A stretch of 64,000 nucleotides of DNA from Eledone cirrhosa (taxonomy: Eukaryota): positions 1-64,000 of the forward strand of contig CAXHJY010000090.1 in the NCBI GenBank assembly GCA_964016885.1, in the 5' to 3' direction. Each line of letters starts with the position of its first letter. Position 1 is the first letter of the stretch. The position numbers and the translations under genes are program-made. The notes below the pieces were generated by a model. It was not told where the DNA came from and made no database searches. It was given only the letters and a program-made list of their open reading frames with translations. This document shows positions 39,301 to 50,763 of this stretch, in pieces.

Positions 39301-39780
39301 CCCTCTATTGGCACATGCCCCTACATAGTCCCAACGTGCATCCAGGATACCATTCCAGTCCCCCACTAAAAGCAAGGAGCGGGACGTTCCCAGAAAAGTT
39401 TCCAGACGTTGGAAGTATTCCAGCCGCGCTGCCCAAAAAGGGGCGTACACAGCTATTAGTCTAAGGGCTCCACTTTCACTACTGCCGACGTCTAAAACCA
39501 CCAGTCGACCCTCCGGGTCCAGGTGCACCTTCTGTATGGCGAGGCCCAGGTGTTTTCGCAGCAGAACGACAACTCCACCCCCACCCCCCGGTTGACAGAG
39601 AGATGCGAAGATCTCAAAGTCGTCGAAGAGGGGCGCCAGTTGGTGCTCGCTGCTGATCCTGGACTCGCAAATAGCCATTACATCCATTCTATGTGACCTG
39701 AGATCGTTTAAAAGTTTGCCTTGTTTCCAAGACAGTCCCAGGCCACGTACATTCAGAAACCCAACTCTTATATCAGCCAT
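36343..39780 (-). CDS. LINE ORF2: APE endonuclease, reverse transcriptase and C-terminal Zn finger (1145 aa)
   Basis: GFLNVRGL, VGDWN, SYLDRVL, YSDHK (APE); KSPGLDG, FRPITLLN, KAFDRVDH, IRQGCPLS, YADD (RT); CPRC...HAFVHC. Confidence 0.97.
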   Translation of the reverse strand: MADIRVGFLNVRGLGLSWKQGKLLNDLRSHRMDVMAICESRISSEHQLAPLFDDFEIFASLCQPGGGGGVVVLLRKHLGLAIQKVHLDPEGRLVVLDVGSSESGALRLIAVYAPFWAARLEYFQRLETFLGTSRSLLLVGDWNGILDARWDYVGACANRGGCKSLKRLIGRFDLADRYRLDFPTVPLWTWTNRSGTSRSYLDRVLVRENDRDTFSCPKMFMVDYSDHKLVTCIANLDRTHRQGPGYWKLNLSLPRSKAYSKRISTLVKQNLTGAIVNNRWWSSLKRAIRIESIGFSQELARDRNKTERELVDRVEEAIRSGNVAGVLASRMALDQFFEVKHEGCVVRSKIRALGNEGAKAVSWARVTEAKSGNKSTIRSLKDQDGRVILEPGQMCAAFQRHFARLFERGGAPGETMDFNPYLDGLPRLSDAEAKSCERTISAAEIGAALSQCGKRKSPGLDGLPYELYVAMPDLFSDILEAVYCNWQQNGRIPSSVTKGVVTLVRKDENKGDDISNFRPITLLNTELKILAKVLAKRLALVVGNLVGEAQTCAIPSRSIHDNLHLMRYIIERVGNEPGFGGALINLDQSKAFDRVDHRYLDAVLAAAGFGPVFRGWIAAMHSSNVCSRVKVNGHLSEPFQIMRSIRQGCPLSSLLYVLALEPLLRKLERLQGIPLEPGLQKAASAYADDVTVMVSKTSQIGEIGTLLEEYERFTGAKLNRDKSVGLQLGTWRGKPMPSNDVVGRWTEGPVKLLGVWFGPDLQVEKNWNEVTARVFALTQKWAQCKLSLKGRAEVANTYIASVIYYRLTVVPCPVKRLAKMECALFQFLWNKRTPLVRRSICCQHPSKGGLGMPWLQMRKHALRLRHLQVFLTGQPVWAPFVRRAFPRLVSLTELQSWVKQRPRKVGDWHIECAQALTALWKADPAISGDSTSTFYRGLVRSRCDDALGEALGMEEDELASLFGRTFGPGPMDNFQKSLAWQCYRGALPVRDKLHRHGSLGRDPLNKICPRCVHDDETVAHAFVHCPGIADLWGYVERLLSRVGPIRLTTESIVTIKPPPPFKNEGEAVFLCVVAMAKEVVWWTRLKGLRSDTFLSGQQLVPFFKYHFKRRIRMEREVLYPSKFYERWVKVGRMARVNGSSLYISL

Positions 39781-39801
39781 GTTGGTTAAAAGAGGAAGGA
39801 C

Positions 39802-41544
39802 CTACCTGTTCGGCTCCTGAGGAGCAGGTTGCACAATATCCATGGGCGTATTGGAGGGGTTGTTTGGTGGGGTGTTGTTCTGTGGTGGAGTGGGGGTGTT
39901 TGGTGAGGTGTGGGTGGGGAAACGTTTCAAGAGGACGCGGTTATAGGGTCGAGTACATGTTTTCCCCACGTCCTCAGGAAAGTTCTCTCTTAGTTTTGCA
40001 TAGGTGTCCATTGGGAGTCTTATCATTTTTAAATGCGGTTTGTTGGCCGCGCTTGCAAAGAATTGCCCTTCAGTTTCCACCAAAGGGTCTTTGTGTATTG
40101 TTTTTACTAGTTCTTTGTTATTTGTGTTAATGTATGTATACTGTTTTATTTGTGTTGTGTTTGTTTGTTGTTCTTGTGTGTGCTTACGTTTTGTTGTATG
40201 TGTTATGTTTTGGGGTGGGGCGGATTTTGTTTGTTCTGTTTGTTTTGTTTTTGTTGGTGGTTGTGTGTTTGTTTCGTTTATGTTCGAGTGGTGCTTTCTT
40301 TTTTTCCTTTTTACAGGTTGGAAGGGTTCCCCCTCTTCGTCACTAGGTGCCGTTTCCGCTGGGTCCTCGTCCGTGCTGTTGGGTAGTGGTGTATTTTGGG
40401 GTTTTGTTGTATTTGTGTGTGTTTTGGGAGTTGTTTTGGGTGGGGCCGTGTCTTGTGTTATTTTTCCCTGTTGTTTTTGTTGTTGTTGTGGTGGTGGTGG
40501 TGGAGGTGGTGGTGGTGGTGGTGGTGGCGGTGGTGGTGTGTGGGGTGTAGGCAAAAGAGCCTTTTTTTTTGTCAATTGAGGACAAGCAGCCCTTAGATGA
40601 CCCCTGCTTGAACAGTAGTAACATATGGGCCTCCTACCCTCGGCTGAAATATATATAAATGTTTCTCCATCGAGGGACACCCTCTGTGGTATTCTAGCGA
40701 TTCGTTCTGGTCTCATTTGGACCAGAACCTCCACGCTCAAACCGCCGAAAACGTCTGTGGTGACTTCTCCTACTGAGAGGATTCCGTCCTCGTCTTCTAA
40801 AAATCCTGTTAGTACCCAGGAAATGCATGCATTTGGCCGGATTCCGGAGACCCTTATCTTCTGCGTTCTTTTCCCTAAATATGTGGGGAAAAATGTATAT
40901 ATCTTGGAAACAATTGGTGCCACAGAGTATTTCCTGGCCGTCAATTGATCCTTCATTAGGACCGTTATATTCCCATAGAGTGGCCCTTTTTGTATGAACG
41001 ATATATCACTCCACACATTTTTTAGGACCAGCTCAATCTCTTTTTGGGATAATTGAGTTGGTTTCCTTGTTATGTTGGAAATTGTTCTGAAAGATATCGT
41101 TCTTAGCGTCGTGTCTCTTTTGATTTCTTGTGGGGAGGTGATTGTGAAGTCTCCTCCTTCTTTGAAAGTTACATACTGTTTCGCTTCCTTCATCTTTTCT
41201 CTCAGAGTTGTAATGTCCAGTTGCTTGCAGGTTTGTGTTTTCCGGACCGCCTGTGCAAAGGAGGTACCAGTAGTGGGTTCACTTTGTTTGGTGTTATCGT
41301 TATTTTTTCCTTGGTTGGTGTTGTGACTATTGCTGTTATTGTCGTTGATGTTTTTGTCTGCGTTTATGTGACTTTCTGGGTTTTCACCCATTTCTACAAA
41401 TTTTTCTTTTAATTCCGTGTTCCATGTTTCTTTTGCAGAAGTGAGGAGGGAAGACTTAGAGCCTTGTGCTTCTAGCTTCTCTGTATCACCTTTCTTAGGG
41501 GGCGTGGCTTTCACGTTAGGATGAGATGTGAAAATTCCGTCCAT
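39802..41544 (-). CDS. LINE ORF1, Gag-like nucleic-acid-binding protein (~580 aa from first ATG)
   Basis: CCHC knuckle CYYCSSRGHLRAAC, basic FQPVKRKKRK motif and poly-Pro; open frame extends upstream to 41637. Confidence 0.9.
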   Translation of the reverse strand: MDGIFTSHPNVKATPPKKGDTEKLEAQGSKSSLLTSAKETWNTELKEKFVEMGENPESHINADKNINDNNSNSHNTNQGKNNDNTKQSEPTTGTSFAQAVRKTQTCKQLDITTLREKMKEAKQYVTFKEGGDFTITSPQEIKRDTTLRTISFRTISNITRKPTQLSQKEIELVLKNVWSDISFIQKGPLYGNITVLMKDQLTARKYSVAPIVSKIYTFFPTYLGKRTQKIRVSGIRPNACISWVLTGFLEDEDGILSVGEVTTDVFGGLSVEVLVQMRPERIARIPQRVSLDGETFIYISAEGRRPICYYCSSRGHLRAACPQLTKKKALLPTPHTPPPPPPPPPPPPPPPPQQQQKQQGKITQDTAPPKTTPKTHTNTTKPQNTPLPNSTDEDPAETAPSDEEGEPFQPVKRKKRKHHSNINETNTQPPTKTKQTEQTKSAPPQNITHTTKRKHTQEQQTNTTQIKQYTYINTNNKELVKTIHKDPLVETEGQFFASAANKPHLKMIRLPMDTYAKLRENFPEDVGKTCTRPYNRVLLKRFPTHTSPNTPTPPQNNTPPNNPSNTPMDIVQPAPQEPNR

Positions 41545-41756
41545 TTCTATTAGTTTGCCGTAATAAATTTTTAACTGGATAATTCGCCCCAAAAAGGGGC
41601 GAAAATAAATAAACTCAAAGTTTGACGACCAAGGCAAGGGGTTAACGTATATTACAGTATAAAAAAATTAATAAAAACTCACTTTTTGAGTAAGTAAATC
41701 CGACTCGGTAGCCGAGCTTGTTCACACACGTCAACACACGTCTCTCGTATACGAGA

Positions 41757-42415
41757 TGTTATGTGAGATATTATGTGAGGTAAAGCCTTTACCATGAACA
41801 TATAATAGTATATATAGAGTAATGTGAATGTTATGTGAGATAATTATGTGAGGTAAAGCCTTTACCATGAACATATAATAGTATATATAGAGTAATGTGA
41901 ATGTTATGTGAGATATTATGTGAGGTAAAGTCTTTACCATGAAAATACAATAGTATATATAGAGTAATGTAACTGTTATGTGAGATATTATGTGAGGTAA
42001 AGCCTTTACTGTGAAAATACAATAGTATATATAGAGTAATGTAAATGTTATATGAGATATTATGTGAGGTAAAGTCTTTACCATGAAAATACAATAGTAT
42101 ATATAGAGTAATGTAACTGTTATGTGAGATATTATGTGAGGTAAAGTCTTTACCATGAAAATACAATAGTATATATAGAGTAATGTAAATGTTATGTGAG
42201 ATATTATGTGAGGTAAAGCCTTTACTGTGAAAATATAATAGTATATATAGAGTAATGTGAATGTTATGCGAGATATTATGTGAGGTAAAGCCTTTACTGT
42301 GAAAATACAATAGTATATATAGAGTAATGTAAATGTTATGTGAGATATTATGTGAGGTAACGCCTGTACTGTGAAAATATAATAGTATATATAGAGTAAT
42401 GTAAATGTTAAAGGA
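41757..42415 (-). repeat. 72-bp minisatellite (~9 units, inverted relative to 31745-33850) ending in a degenerate MITE TIR
   Basis: Reverse complement of the 72-bp unit; ends TAAATGTTAAAGGATTAA. Confidence 0.95.
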
Positions 42416-42504
42416 TTAAATCCTTTAGCATTTAAACTACCCGTGTTTGGCCAGAATTCGCTCACCTCTTTCTATTCAAACTGGCCATAACCAGCTGCTC
42501 ATAA

Positions 42505-42696
42505 CCCTTTAGCATTTAAACCAGCCATATAGAGCCAGAATTCTCTCACCTCTTTCTGTTCAAACCGGCTGTAACTAGCCACTCATATCGATGTTAAGGT
42601 ATTGTTCTCAAAATAAATAATATCAAAACCTCATAGATTCAATATTATGTGAGATAAAGCCTTTACCACAAAAATACAATAGTAAATGATAAAGGG
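42505..42696. mobile_element. piggyBac-like MITE
   Basis: CCCTTTAGCATTTA ... TAAATGATAAAGGG-TTAA. Confidence 0.75.
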
Positions 42697-42911
42697 TTAA
42701 TTAAATCGTTCAATGTGTCCTAATTAAATAACTGAATAATCACCATTGAAACTGATGGAGATCCTTTTGTTTGTTTTTTTTTGTTTTTGTATTTTTTAAA
42801 GTCCCCCCCCCCCCCTCTGCACTTATTCCCACCACTGGTTCTCTTTAGGTCAAATTATTGAAATCTTGAGAGTTAATCCTTAGAGATAAAGGGAACAGGT
42901 TTAAACTTGAC

Positions 42912-43345
42912 CAACAGCAGCACCTACAACAACAACAACAGCAACACCAACAACAACAACAGCAATGACAACAACAATGACGACAGCAACAACAACAGCA
43001 ACACCAACAACACCAACAATGACAACAACAACAACAGCAACACAAACAACAACAACAACAATGACAACAACAACAGCAACACCAACAACAACAGCAATGA
43101 CAACAACAATGACAACAACAACAACACCAACAGCAGTAATGACAATAACAGCAACAACAACAGTGACAACAACAGCAATGTCAACAACAACAGCAACACC
43201 AACAACAGCAATGACAACAACGACAACAATAACAGCAACACCAACAACAACAACAGCAACAACAACAACAATGACAACAACACCACCACCAACAACAACA
43301 GCAATGACGACAACAACAACAGTAATGACAACAACAACAACAACA
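42912..43345. repeat. (CAA)n degenerate trinucleotide array
   Basis: Visible repeat. Confidence 0.95.
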
Positions 43346-43427
43346 GGTGTCCTATAATAAATGCAATAGCACATGAAACATTCAATACAATTTTCAAATT
43401 AGGTGTGCCATATACCAAGCCAAACGG

Positions 43428-46400
43428 GTCACATACGGCCCACAAAGTCACATACAGCCCACGACCCACATATGGCACACAAAGTCACATACAGCCCACA
43501 TACAGCCCACGACCCACATATGGCACACAAAGTCACATACAGCCCACGACCCACATATGGCACACAAAGTCACATACAGCCCACATACAGCCCACGACCC
43601 ACATATGGCACACAAAGTCACATACAGCCCACGACCCACATATGGCACACAAAGTCACATACAGCCCACATACAGCCCACGACCCACATATGGCACACAA
43701 AGTCACATACAGCCCACATACAGCCCACGACCCACATATGGCACACAACGTCACATACAGCCCACGACCCACATATGGCACACAAAGTCACATACAGCCC
43801 ACGACCCACATACGGCCCACAAAGTCACATACAGCCCACATACCGCCCACGACCCACATATGGCACACAAAGTCACATACAGCCCACGACCCACATATGG
43901 CACACAAAGTCACATACAGCCCACGACCCACATATGGCACACAAAGTCACATACAGCCCACGACCCACATATGGCACACAAAGTCACATACAGCCCACGA
44001 CCCACATATGGCCCACAAAGTCACATACAGCCCACATACAGCCCACGACCCACATATGGCACACAAAGTCACATACAGCCCACGACCCACATATGGCACA
44101 CAAAGTCACATACAGCCCACGACCCACATATGGCACACAAAGTCACATACAGCCCACGACACACATATGGCCCACAAAGTCACATACAGCCCACATACAG
44201 CCCACGACCCACATATGGCACACAAAGTCACATACAGCCCACATACAGCCCACGACCCACATATGGCACACAAAGTCACATACAGCCCACGACCCACATA
44301 TGGCACACAAAGTCACATACAGCCCACGACCCACATATGGCACACAAAGTCACATACAGCCCACGACCCACATATGGCACACAAAGTCACATACAGCCCA
44401 CATACAGCCCACGACCCACATATGGCCCACAAGGTCACATACAGCCCACGACCCACATATGGCACACAAAGTCACATACAGCCCACATACAGCCCACGAC
44501 CCACATATGGCACACAAAGTCACATACAGCCCACGACCCACATATGGCACACAACGTCACATACAGCCCACATACAGCCCACGACCCACATATGGCACAC
44601 AAAGTCACATACAGCCCACGACCCACATATGGCACACAAAGTCACATACAGCCCACGACCCACATATGGCACACAAAGTCACATACAGCCCATATACAGC
44701 CCACGACCCACATATGGCACACAAAGTCACATACAGCCCACGACCCACATATGGCACACAACGTCACATACAGCCCACGACCCACATATGGCACACAACG
44801 TCACATACAGCCCACGACCCACATATTGCACACAAAGTCACATACAGCCCACGACCCACATATGGCACACAAAGTCACATACAGCCCACATACAGCCCAC
44901 GACCCACATATGGCACACAAAGTCACATACAGCCCACATACAGCCCACGACCCACATATGGCACACAAAGTCACATACAGCCCACGACCCACATATGGCA
45001 CACAAAGTCACATACAGCCCACGACCCACATATGGCACACAAAGTCACATACAGCCCACATACAGCCCACGACCCACATATGGCCCACAAGGTCACATAC
45101 AGCCCACGACCCACATATGGCACACAAAGTCACATACAGCCCACATACAGCCCACGACCCACATATGGCACACACAGTCACATACAGCCCACATACAGCC
45201 CACGACCCACATATGGCACACAAAGTCACATACAGCCCACGACCCACATATGGCACACAAAGTCACATACAGCCCACATACAGCCCACGACCCACATATG
45301 GCACACAAAGTCACATACAGCCCATATACAGCCCACGACCCACATATGGCACACAAAGTCACATACAGCCCACGACCCACATATGGCACACAACGTCACA
45401 TACAGCCCACGACCCACATATGGCACACAACGTCACATACAGCCCACGACCCACATATGGCACACAAAGTCACATACAGCCCACGACCCACATATGGCAC
45501 ACAACGTCACATACAGCCCACGACCCACATATGGCACACAAAGTCACATACAGCCCACGACCCACATATGGCACACAAAGTCACATACAGCCCACGACCC
45601 ATATATGGCACACAAAGTCACATACAGCCCACATCCAGCCCACGACCCACATATGGCACACAAAGTCACATACAGCCCACGACCCACATATGGCACACAA
45701 AGTCACATACAGCCCACGACCCACATATGGCACACAACGTCACATACAGCCCACGACCCACATATGGCACACAACGTCACATACAGCCCACGACCCACAT
45801 ATGGCACACAAAGTCACATACAGCCCACGACCCACATATGGCACACAACGTCACATACAGCCCACGACCCACATATGGCACACAAAGTCACATACAGCCC
45901 ACATCCAGCCCACGACCCACATATGGCACACAAAGTCACATACAGCCCACGACCCACATATGGCACACAAAGTCACATACAGCCCACATACAGCCCACGA
46001 CCCACATATGGCACACAAAGTCACATACAGCCCACGACCCACATATGGCACACAGTCACATACAGCCCACGACCCACATATGGCACACAAAGTCACATAC
46101 AGCCCACATACAGCCCACGACCCACATATGGCACACAAAGTCACATACAGCCCACGACCCACATATGGCACACAACGTCACATACAGCCCACGACCCACA
46201 TATGGCACACAAAGTCACATACAGCCCACATACAGCCCACGACCCACATATGGCACACAACGTCACATACAGCCCACGACCCACATATGGCACACAAAGT
46301 CACATACAGCCCACGACCCACATATGGCACACAAAGTCACATACAGCCCACGACCCACATATGGCACACAAAGTCACATACAGCCCACGACCCACATATG

Positions 46401-46462
46401 GCACACAAAGTCACATACAGCCCACATACGGCCCACGACCCACAAAGTCACATACGGTCCAC
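43428..46462 (+). repeat. 37-bp minisatellite with optional 11-bp duplication (37/48-bp units)
   Basis: Unit GCCCACGACCCACATATGGCACACAAAGTCACATACA, with or without an extra GCCCACATACA. Confidence 0.97.
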
Positions 46463-46539
46463 GAGCCAAAGTTTCTCCATGACTGCATGAGAACATTGGA
46501 TAAAATACTTTACAGCATTAGTTTTGGTTCTTTATATTC

Positions 46540-46914
46540 TGAGGTCAAGCCCTGCCATGGTTAACATAACCTTTGAGGTCAAACCCTGCCACGGTTAACA
46601 TAACCTTTGAGGTCAAACCCTGCCACGGTTAACATAACCTTTGAGGTCAAACCCTGCCACGGTTAACATAACCTTTGAGGTCAAACCCTGCCACGGTTAA
46701 CATAACCTTTGAGGTCAAACCCTGCCATCGTTAACATAACCTTTGAGGTCAAACCCTGCCCCGGTTAACATAACCTTTGAGGTCAAACCCTGCCACAGTT
46801 AACATAACCTTTGAGGTCAAACCCTGCCATCGTTAACATAACCTTTGAGGTCAAACCCTGCCACGGTTAACATAACCTTTGAGGTCAAACCCTGCCACGA
46901 TTAACATAACCTTT
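46540..46914 (+). repeat. 34-bp minisatellite (11 units) within a decayed SINE B
   Basis: Unit TGAGGTCAAACCCTGCCACGGTTAACATAACCTT; SINE B-like tail continues to ~47025. Confidence 0.92.
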
Positions 46915-47049
46915 CGTCTTTCTGAGTTAAATAAAATAATATACCAACTAAATACTGGGGTTGATATAATTGGCTTTCTCCTCCTCCTATAAATTGCTGG
47001 GCTCTGTGCCTGAATTATAAATTGTTATATAGAATTTATGTTAGGTGAG

Positions 47050-47860
47050 GCTTTTGTCTGCTATTGATGGCATGTAACCCAGGACAACCTGTTTCATGGT
47101 TGAGTGCTTGGCAACTAAACTAGCTCCCCCACCAGACCAGGGTCTGGTGAGTAGACTAGCCTTCTGTCTGCTATTGGTGGCATGTCACCCAGGACAACCT
47201 GTGTCATGGTTGAGGGTTGGTGACTAAATTAGCCCCCCCCCCCCTCCCCCTCCCCATCAGACCCTAGTCTGGTAAAGTCAGGTTTCTGTCTGCTACTGAT
47301 ACCATGTAACCCAGTACAACCTACTTCATAGTTGAGGGTTGGTGACTAAACCAGCTTCCCCACAAGACCCTGGTCTGGTAAAGTCAGGTTTCTGTCTGCT
47401 ACTGATACCATGTAACCCAGTACAAAGTACTTCATGGTGGAGTGGATGGTGATTAAATTGCTCCCCTACCACCACCAGACCCTGGTCAGGTCAGGTCAGG
47501 TCAGGTCAGGTCAGGTCAGGTCAGGCTTCTGTCTGCTACTAGTACCCTGTAACCCAGTACAACCTGTTTTATGGTCAAGTGGTCGGCAACTAAACCAGCT
47601 CCCTACTAGACTCTGGTCGGATGAGGAGAGGAAGTGGAACCCTTGCAACACGAAAAACAAGAGCTGTTAAAGGGGTGGATGAACGCCTCAGAGTCAACAG
47701 CCATCCACCCCAACTATGGGTTAAATAGTCTGACTAACCTGCAATTGGCCAAGCGTGGTGCGTATGGAACAACCCTGACATGACCAAAACCAAACAGAAA
47801 GTGTTGGAGATCAACTAGGGAGGGGTTCCTTCAACAGGAATGAGAAGACCCCGGGTTTCG
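47050..47860 (+). repeat. ~110-bp diverged tandem repeat (5 units) of an RTE-type 5' end, plus downstream element body
   Basis: TCTGCTA.TG...CATGTAACCCAG.ACAACC...ACTAAAC units similar to 51706-51800; distal part matches 13285-13410 (-). Confidence 0.65.
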
Positions 47861-48738
47861 ATTGGATTAGATACAGAATTTCTGTCCATTTATTAAGATT
47901 TTAAATAAAATTCTTTAAAAAAAAAAAATATTAATAAAAAAAAAATAAAATCACAAATAAATAATTTAATAGGAAAGGAAGAAAATTTAGATTAAGAAGA
48001 CAGAATGGAATGTAAAATAAGAAAATATTTTTTTTAAATGGTAAAAGGATGGGAAAGGCAGAGGCTGTGGTGTCATAGAAGAATGCGGAGGGGAGCACGA
48101 GGCCTAGGGCATGGAAGAAATGGGGCTGCGACCACGAACAAGACTGCAAAAAACATTCCCACCGGACAATGACCAGCAACACCCGCTGCATCAGCCACCC
48201 CCCACCTCATGGGGCTCCTTCCTCAGACAGGCCAAAATAAATAATTGTATTGAATCGTCAAGTACGAAATTTGTAGAAATTTGTAGAAGAAAAACAAATT
48301 TCTACAAATTTCATATTTGACGACCAAAATATAAATAATTGTATAAAACAAAAATATATAAGTAGTAAATAAATAAAGGAGAGAAATGAAATTGTTTCTA
48401 GAATAATCTAGAACATCATCAGGTTGGATTTTACACGTAATTCCTTGGTTTGAAAGATGAAACTTTCCTCAACAAGCAGGTCACTCTCTCATGGAATGCT
48501 ACAATATAAAACATATGTGAACAGTTTTATCATATAGATATATAGATATATATATGTCTGTGTGTGTATGTATACGTGTGTGTGTGTGTGTATGTATATA
48601 TGTGTGTGTGTATGAATATATATATATGTGTGTGTGTGTGCGTACATATAAATATATGCATGTATGTGTGTGTATGTATGTATATATATATATATACATA
48701 TAAATATATGTATATGTGTGTCTGTGTGTGTATGTATG

Positions 48739-48775
<37 letters not shown>

Positions 48776-48870
48776 ACATATAAATATATGTAAGTATGTG
48801 TGTGTATGTATGTATATATATATATATACATATAAATATATGTATATGTGTGTCTGTCTGTGTGTGTATG

Positions 48871-48923
<53 letters not shown>

Positions 48924-48956
48924 ACATATAAATATATGTAAGTATGTGTGTGTATG

Positions 48957-48989
<33 letters not shown>

Positions 48990-49478
48990 ATATATAAATA
49001 TATGTATGTGTGTGTATGTATGTATATATATATATACATATAAATATATGTATATGTATGTGTGTGTGTGTGTGTATATATATACATGTGTGTGTGTGTA
49101 TGTATATATAAATATATATACATATATGTATATTTATATATTTGTCATGAGCACTACTATAGTTTCTGTCCCGGTGTGTGTATATACACACACACACACA
49201 CACACATGTCATGTGCTGCATGGAAAACAAGAAAAGGGAGGAGAGAAAGATAGGTTTTTTTTTACTAGTTTGAATCATTAGACTGTGGCCAGGCTAGAGC
49301 ACTGCTTTCAATGGCAATAGCAGACTACATAGACATACAGTAAACTTTTCAGTTTCGCATCTGTTTTATCGATATCTATTTGTCCAACTGCTAGGTTATG
49401 GAACATAGGTGGGCAGAACTTATGCAACACCAGTTTTTAGATTGGTGTCAAAACAAATATATTTGTTGTGTGTGTCTG

Positions 49479-49516
<38 letters not shown>

Positions 49517-49560
49517 TAGATAAATATACACGGGTGTGTATGATTGTGTATAGAAGATTA

Positions 49561-49947
49561 TATTAATAAGAGGAATTCCAACTTTGTCTGATTTACTCGT
49601 TTTATTTACAATCCTTTACAATTTATAATGGTATTATAATGAAATAGTATGATAGAATATTAAATGTTAAGTGTTAATTGAACAAGTACTTTCATGCTTT
49701 TGCAATCTTCAGGTTCATAATGAGTGGTGACAGTCAAGTTTGCAATTTTCAACAGTTGAAAATTGCAAACTTGACTGTCACCACTCATTATGAACCTGAA
49801 GATTGCGAAGGCATGAAAGTACTTGTTCAATTAACACTTAGAATTTAATATTCTATCATACTATTTCATTATAATACCATTATAAATTTTAAAGGATTGT
49901 AAATAAAACGAGTAAATCAGACAAAGTTGGAATTCCTCTTATTAATA
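49561..49947. mobile_element. fold-back Penelope-like element with two hammerheads
   Basis: ~192-bp near-perfect arms centred near 49754; hammerheads at 49791-49829 (+) and 49679-49717 (-). Confidence 0.78.
49791..49829 (+). ncRNA. minimal type I hammerhead; mirror copy 49679-49717 (-)
   Basis: TGAAC-CTGAAGA-TTGC(gaag)GCAT-GAA-AGTACT-T-GTTCA. Confidence 0.8.
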
Positions 49948-49984
49948 TATATATATGTATGTATATATATGTATATATATGTAT

Positions 49985-50269
49985 GTCAGGTCACCAGTTG
50001 GTGCTACTGGTAACATGTATCCCAGTACAACCTGTCTCATGGTCGGGTCGTTGGCGACTAAACTGGCAACCCCATCAAGGTTTCCTGGTGAGGAGGGTGA
50101 CTTTGGACATCCTGCAGGACTAAAAACAAAACCTGTCAAAGTGTTTGTACCAGAGTTTTCAAGTCGCTGGCTGGATTAAAAAGTCACACTCGTTCAGCGC
50201 ATCGGTAGGGGTTTTCCTACATGGATATAAAGTAGTGGCCGTACTCGAAAACGAGTTAGCAGCCATCAT
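49985..50269 (+). mobile_element. internally deleted copy of the 610-bp bipartite RTE-derived element
   Basis: Joins ...AAACCTGTCAAA directly to GTGTTTGTACC... Confidence 0.8.
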
Positions 50270-50278
50270 GTATATATA

Positions 50279-50697
50279 TATAACAACTAGAAATTGATTA
50301 ACATATAAATAAACATATGAAACAATCACAGGGGATAATTTTTTACAAGTGTGCAAGCACACATAGCTAGGTAACTAAATAAAGTTAACTAGAACTTCAA
50401 AAATAGATACATTATAATATGATTAATCTGATTATAAGGTATCTATTTTTGAAGTTCTAGTTAACTTTATTTAGTTACCTACCTAGCTATGTGTGCTTAC
50501 ACACTTGTAAAAATTATCCCCTGTGATTGTTTCATATGTTTATTTATATGTTAATCAATTTCTAGTTGTTATAAAATGCTCGGACCTATTCATTAGAATC
50601 TTGGAGCTTATTTTACGGGTGATATGGCGCATGCCTTTCTGGCATGACACCCATAATTTTGATTTAGATTAAATTCACTTTGATTTATCTTAATTTT

Positions 50698-50699
<2 letters not shown>
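50279..50699 (+). repeat. fold-back palindrome (50279-50573) plus structured tail
   Basis: ~138-bp arms; tail homologous to 12096-12215. Confidence 0.85.
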
Positions 50700-50751
<52 letters not shown>

Positions 50752-50763
50752 ATATATGTGTAT

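Larger units (their letters stand above)
36106..41755 (-). mobile_element. apparently full-length Tx1/L1-clade non-LTR retrotransposon
   Basis: Two intact ORFs 21 bp apart, ~200-bp 5' UTR, 3' UTR ending AATAAAGAAACC without poly(A); interrupts the 72-bp array/MITE. Confidence 0.93.

Noticed and set aside
42907-46564. ~1000-1190-aa ORFs in three frames
   Set aside because: Stop-free (CAA)n plus 37-bp repeat; the three frames are cyclic permutations of each other.
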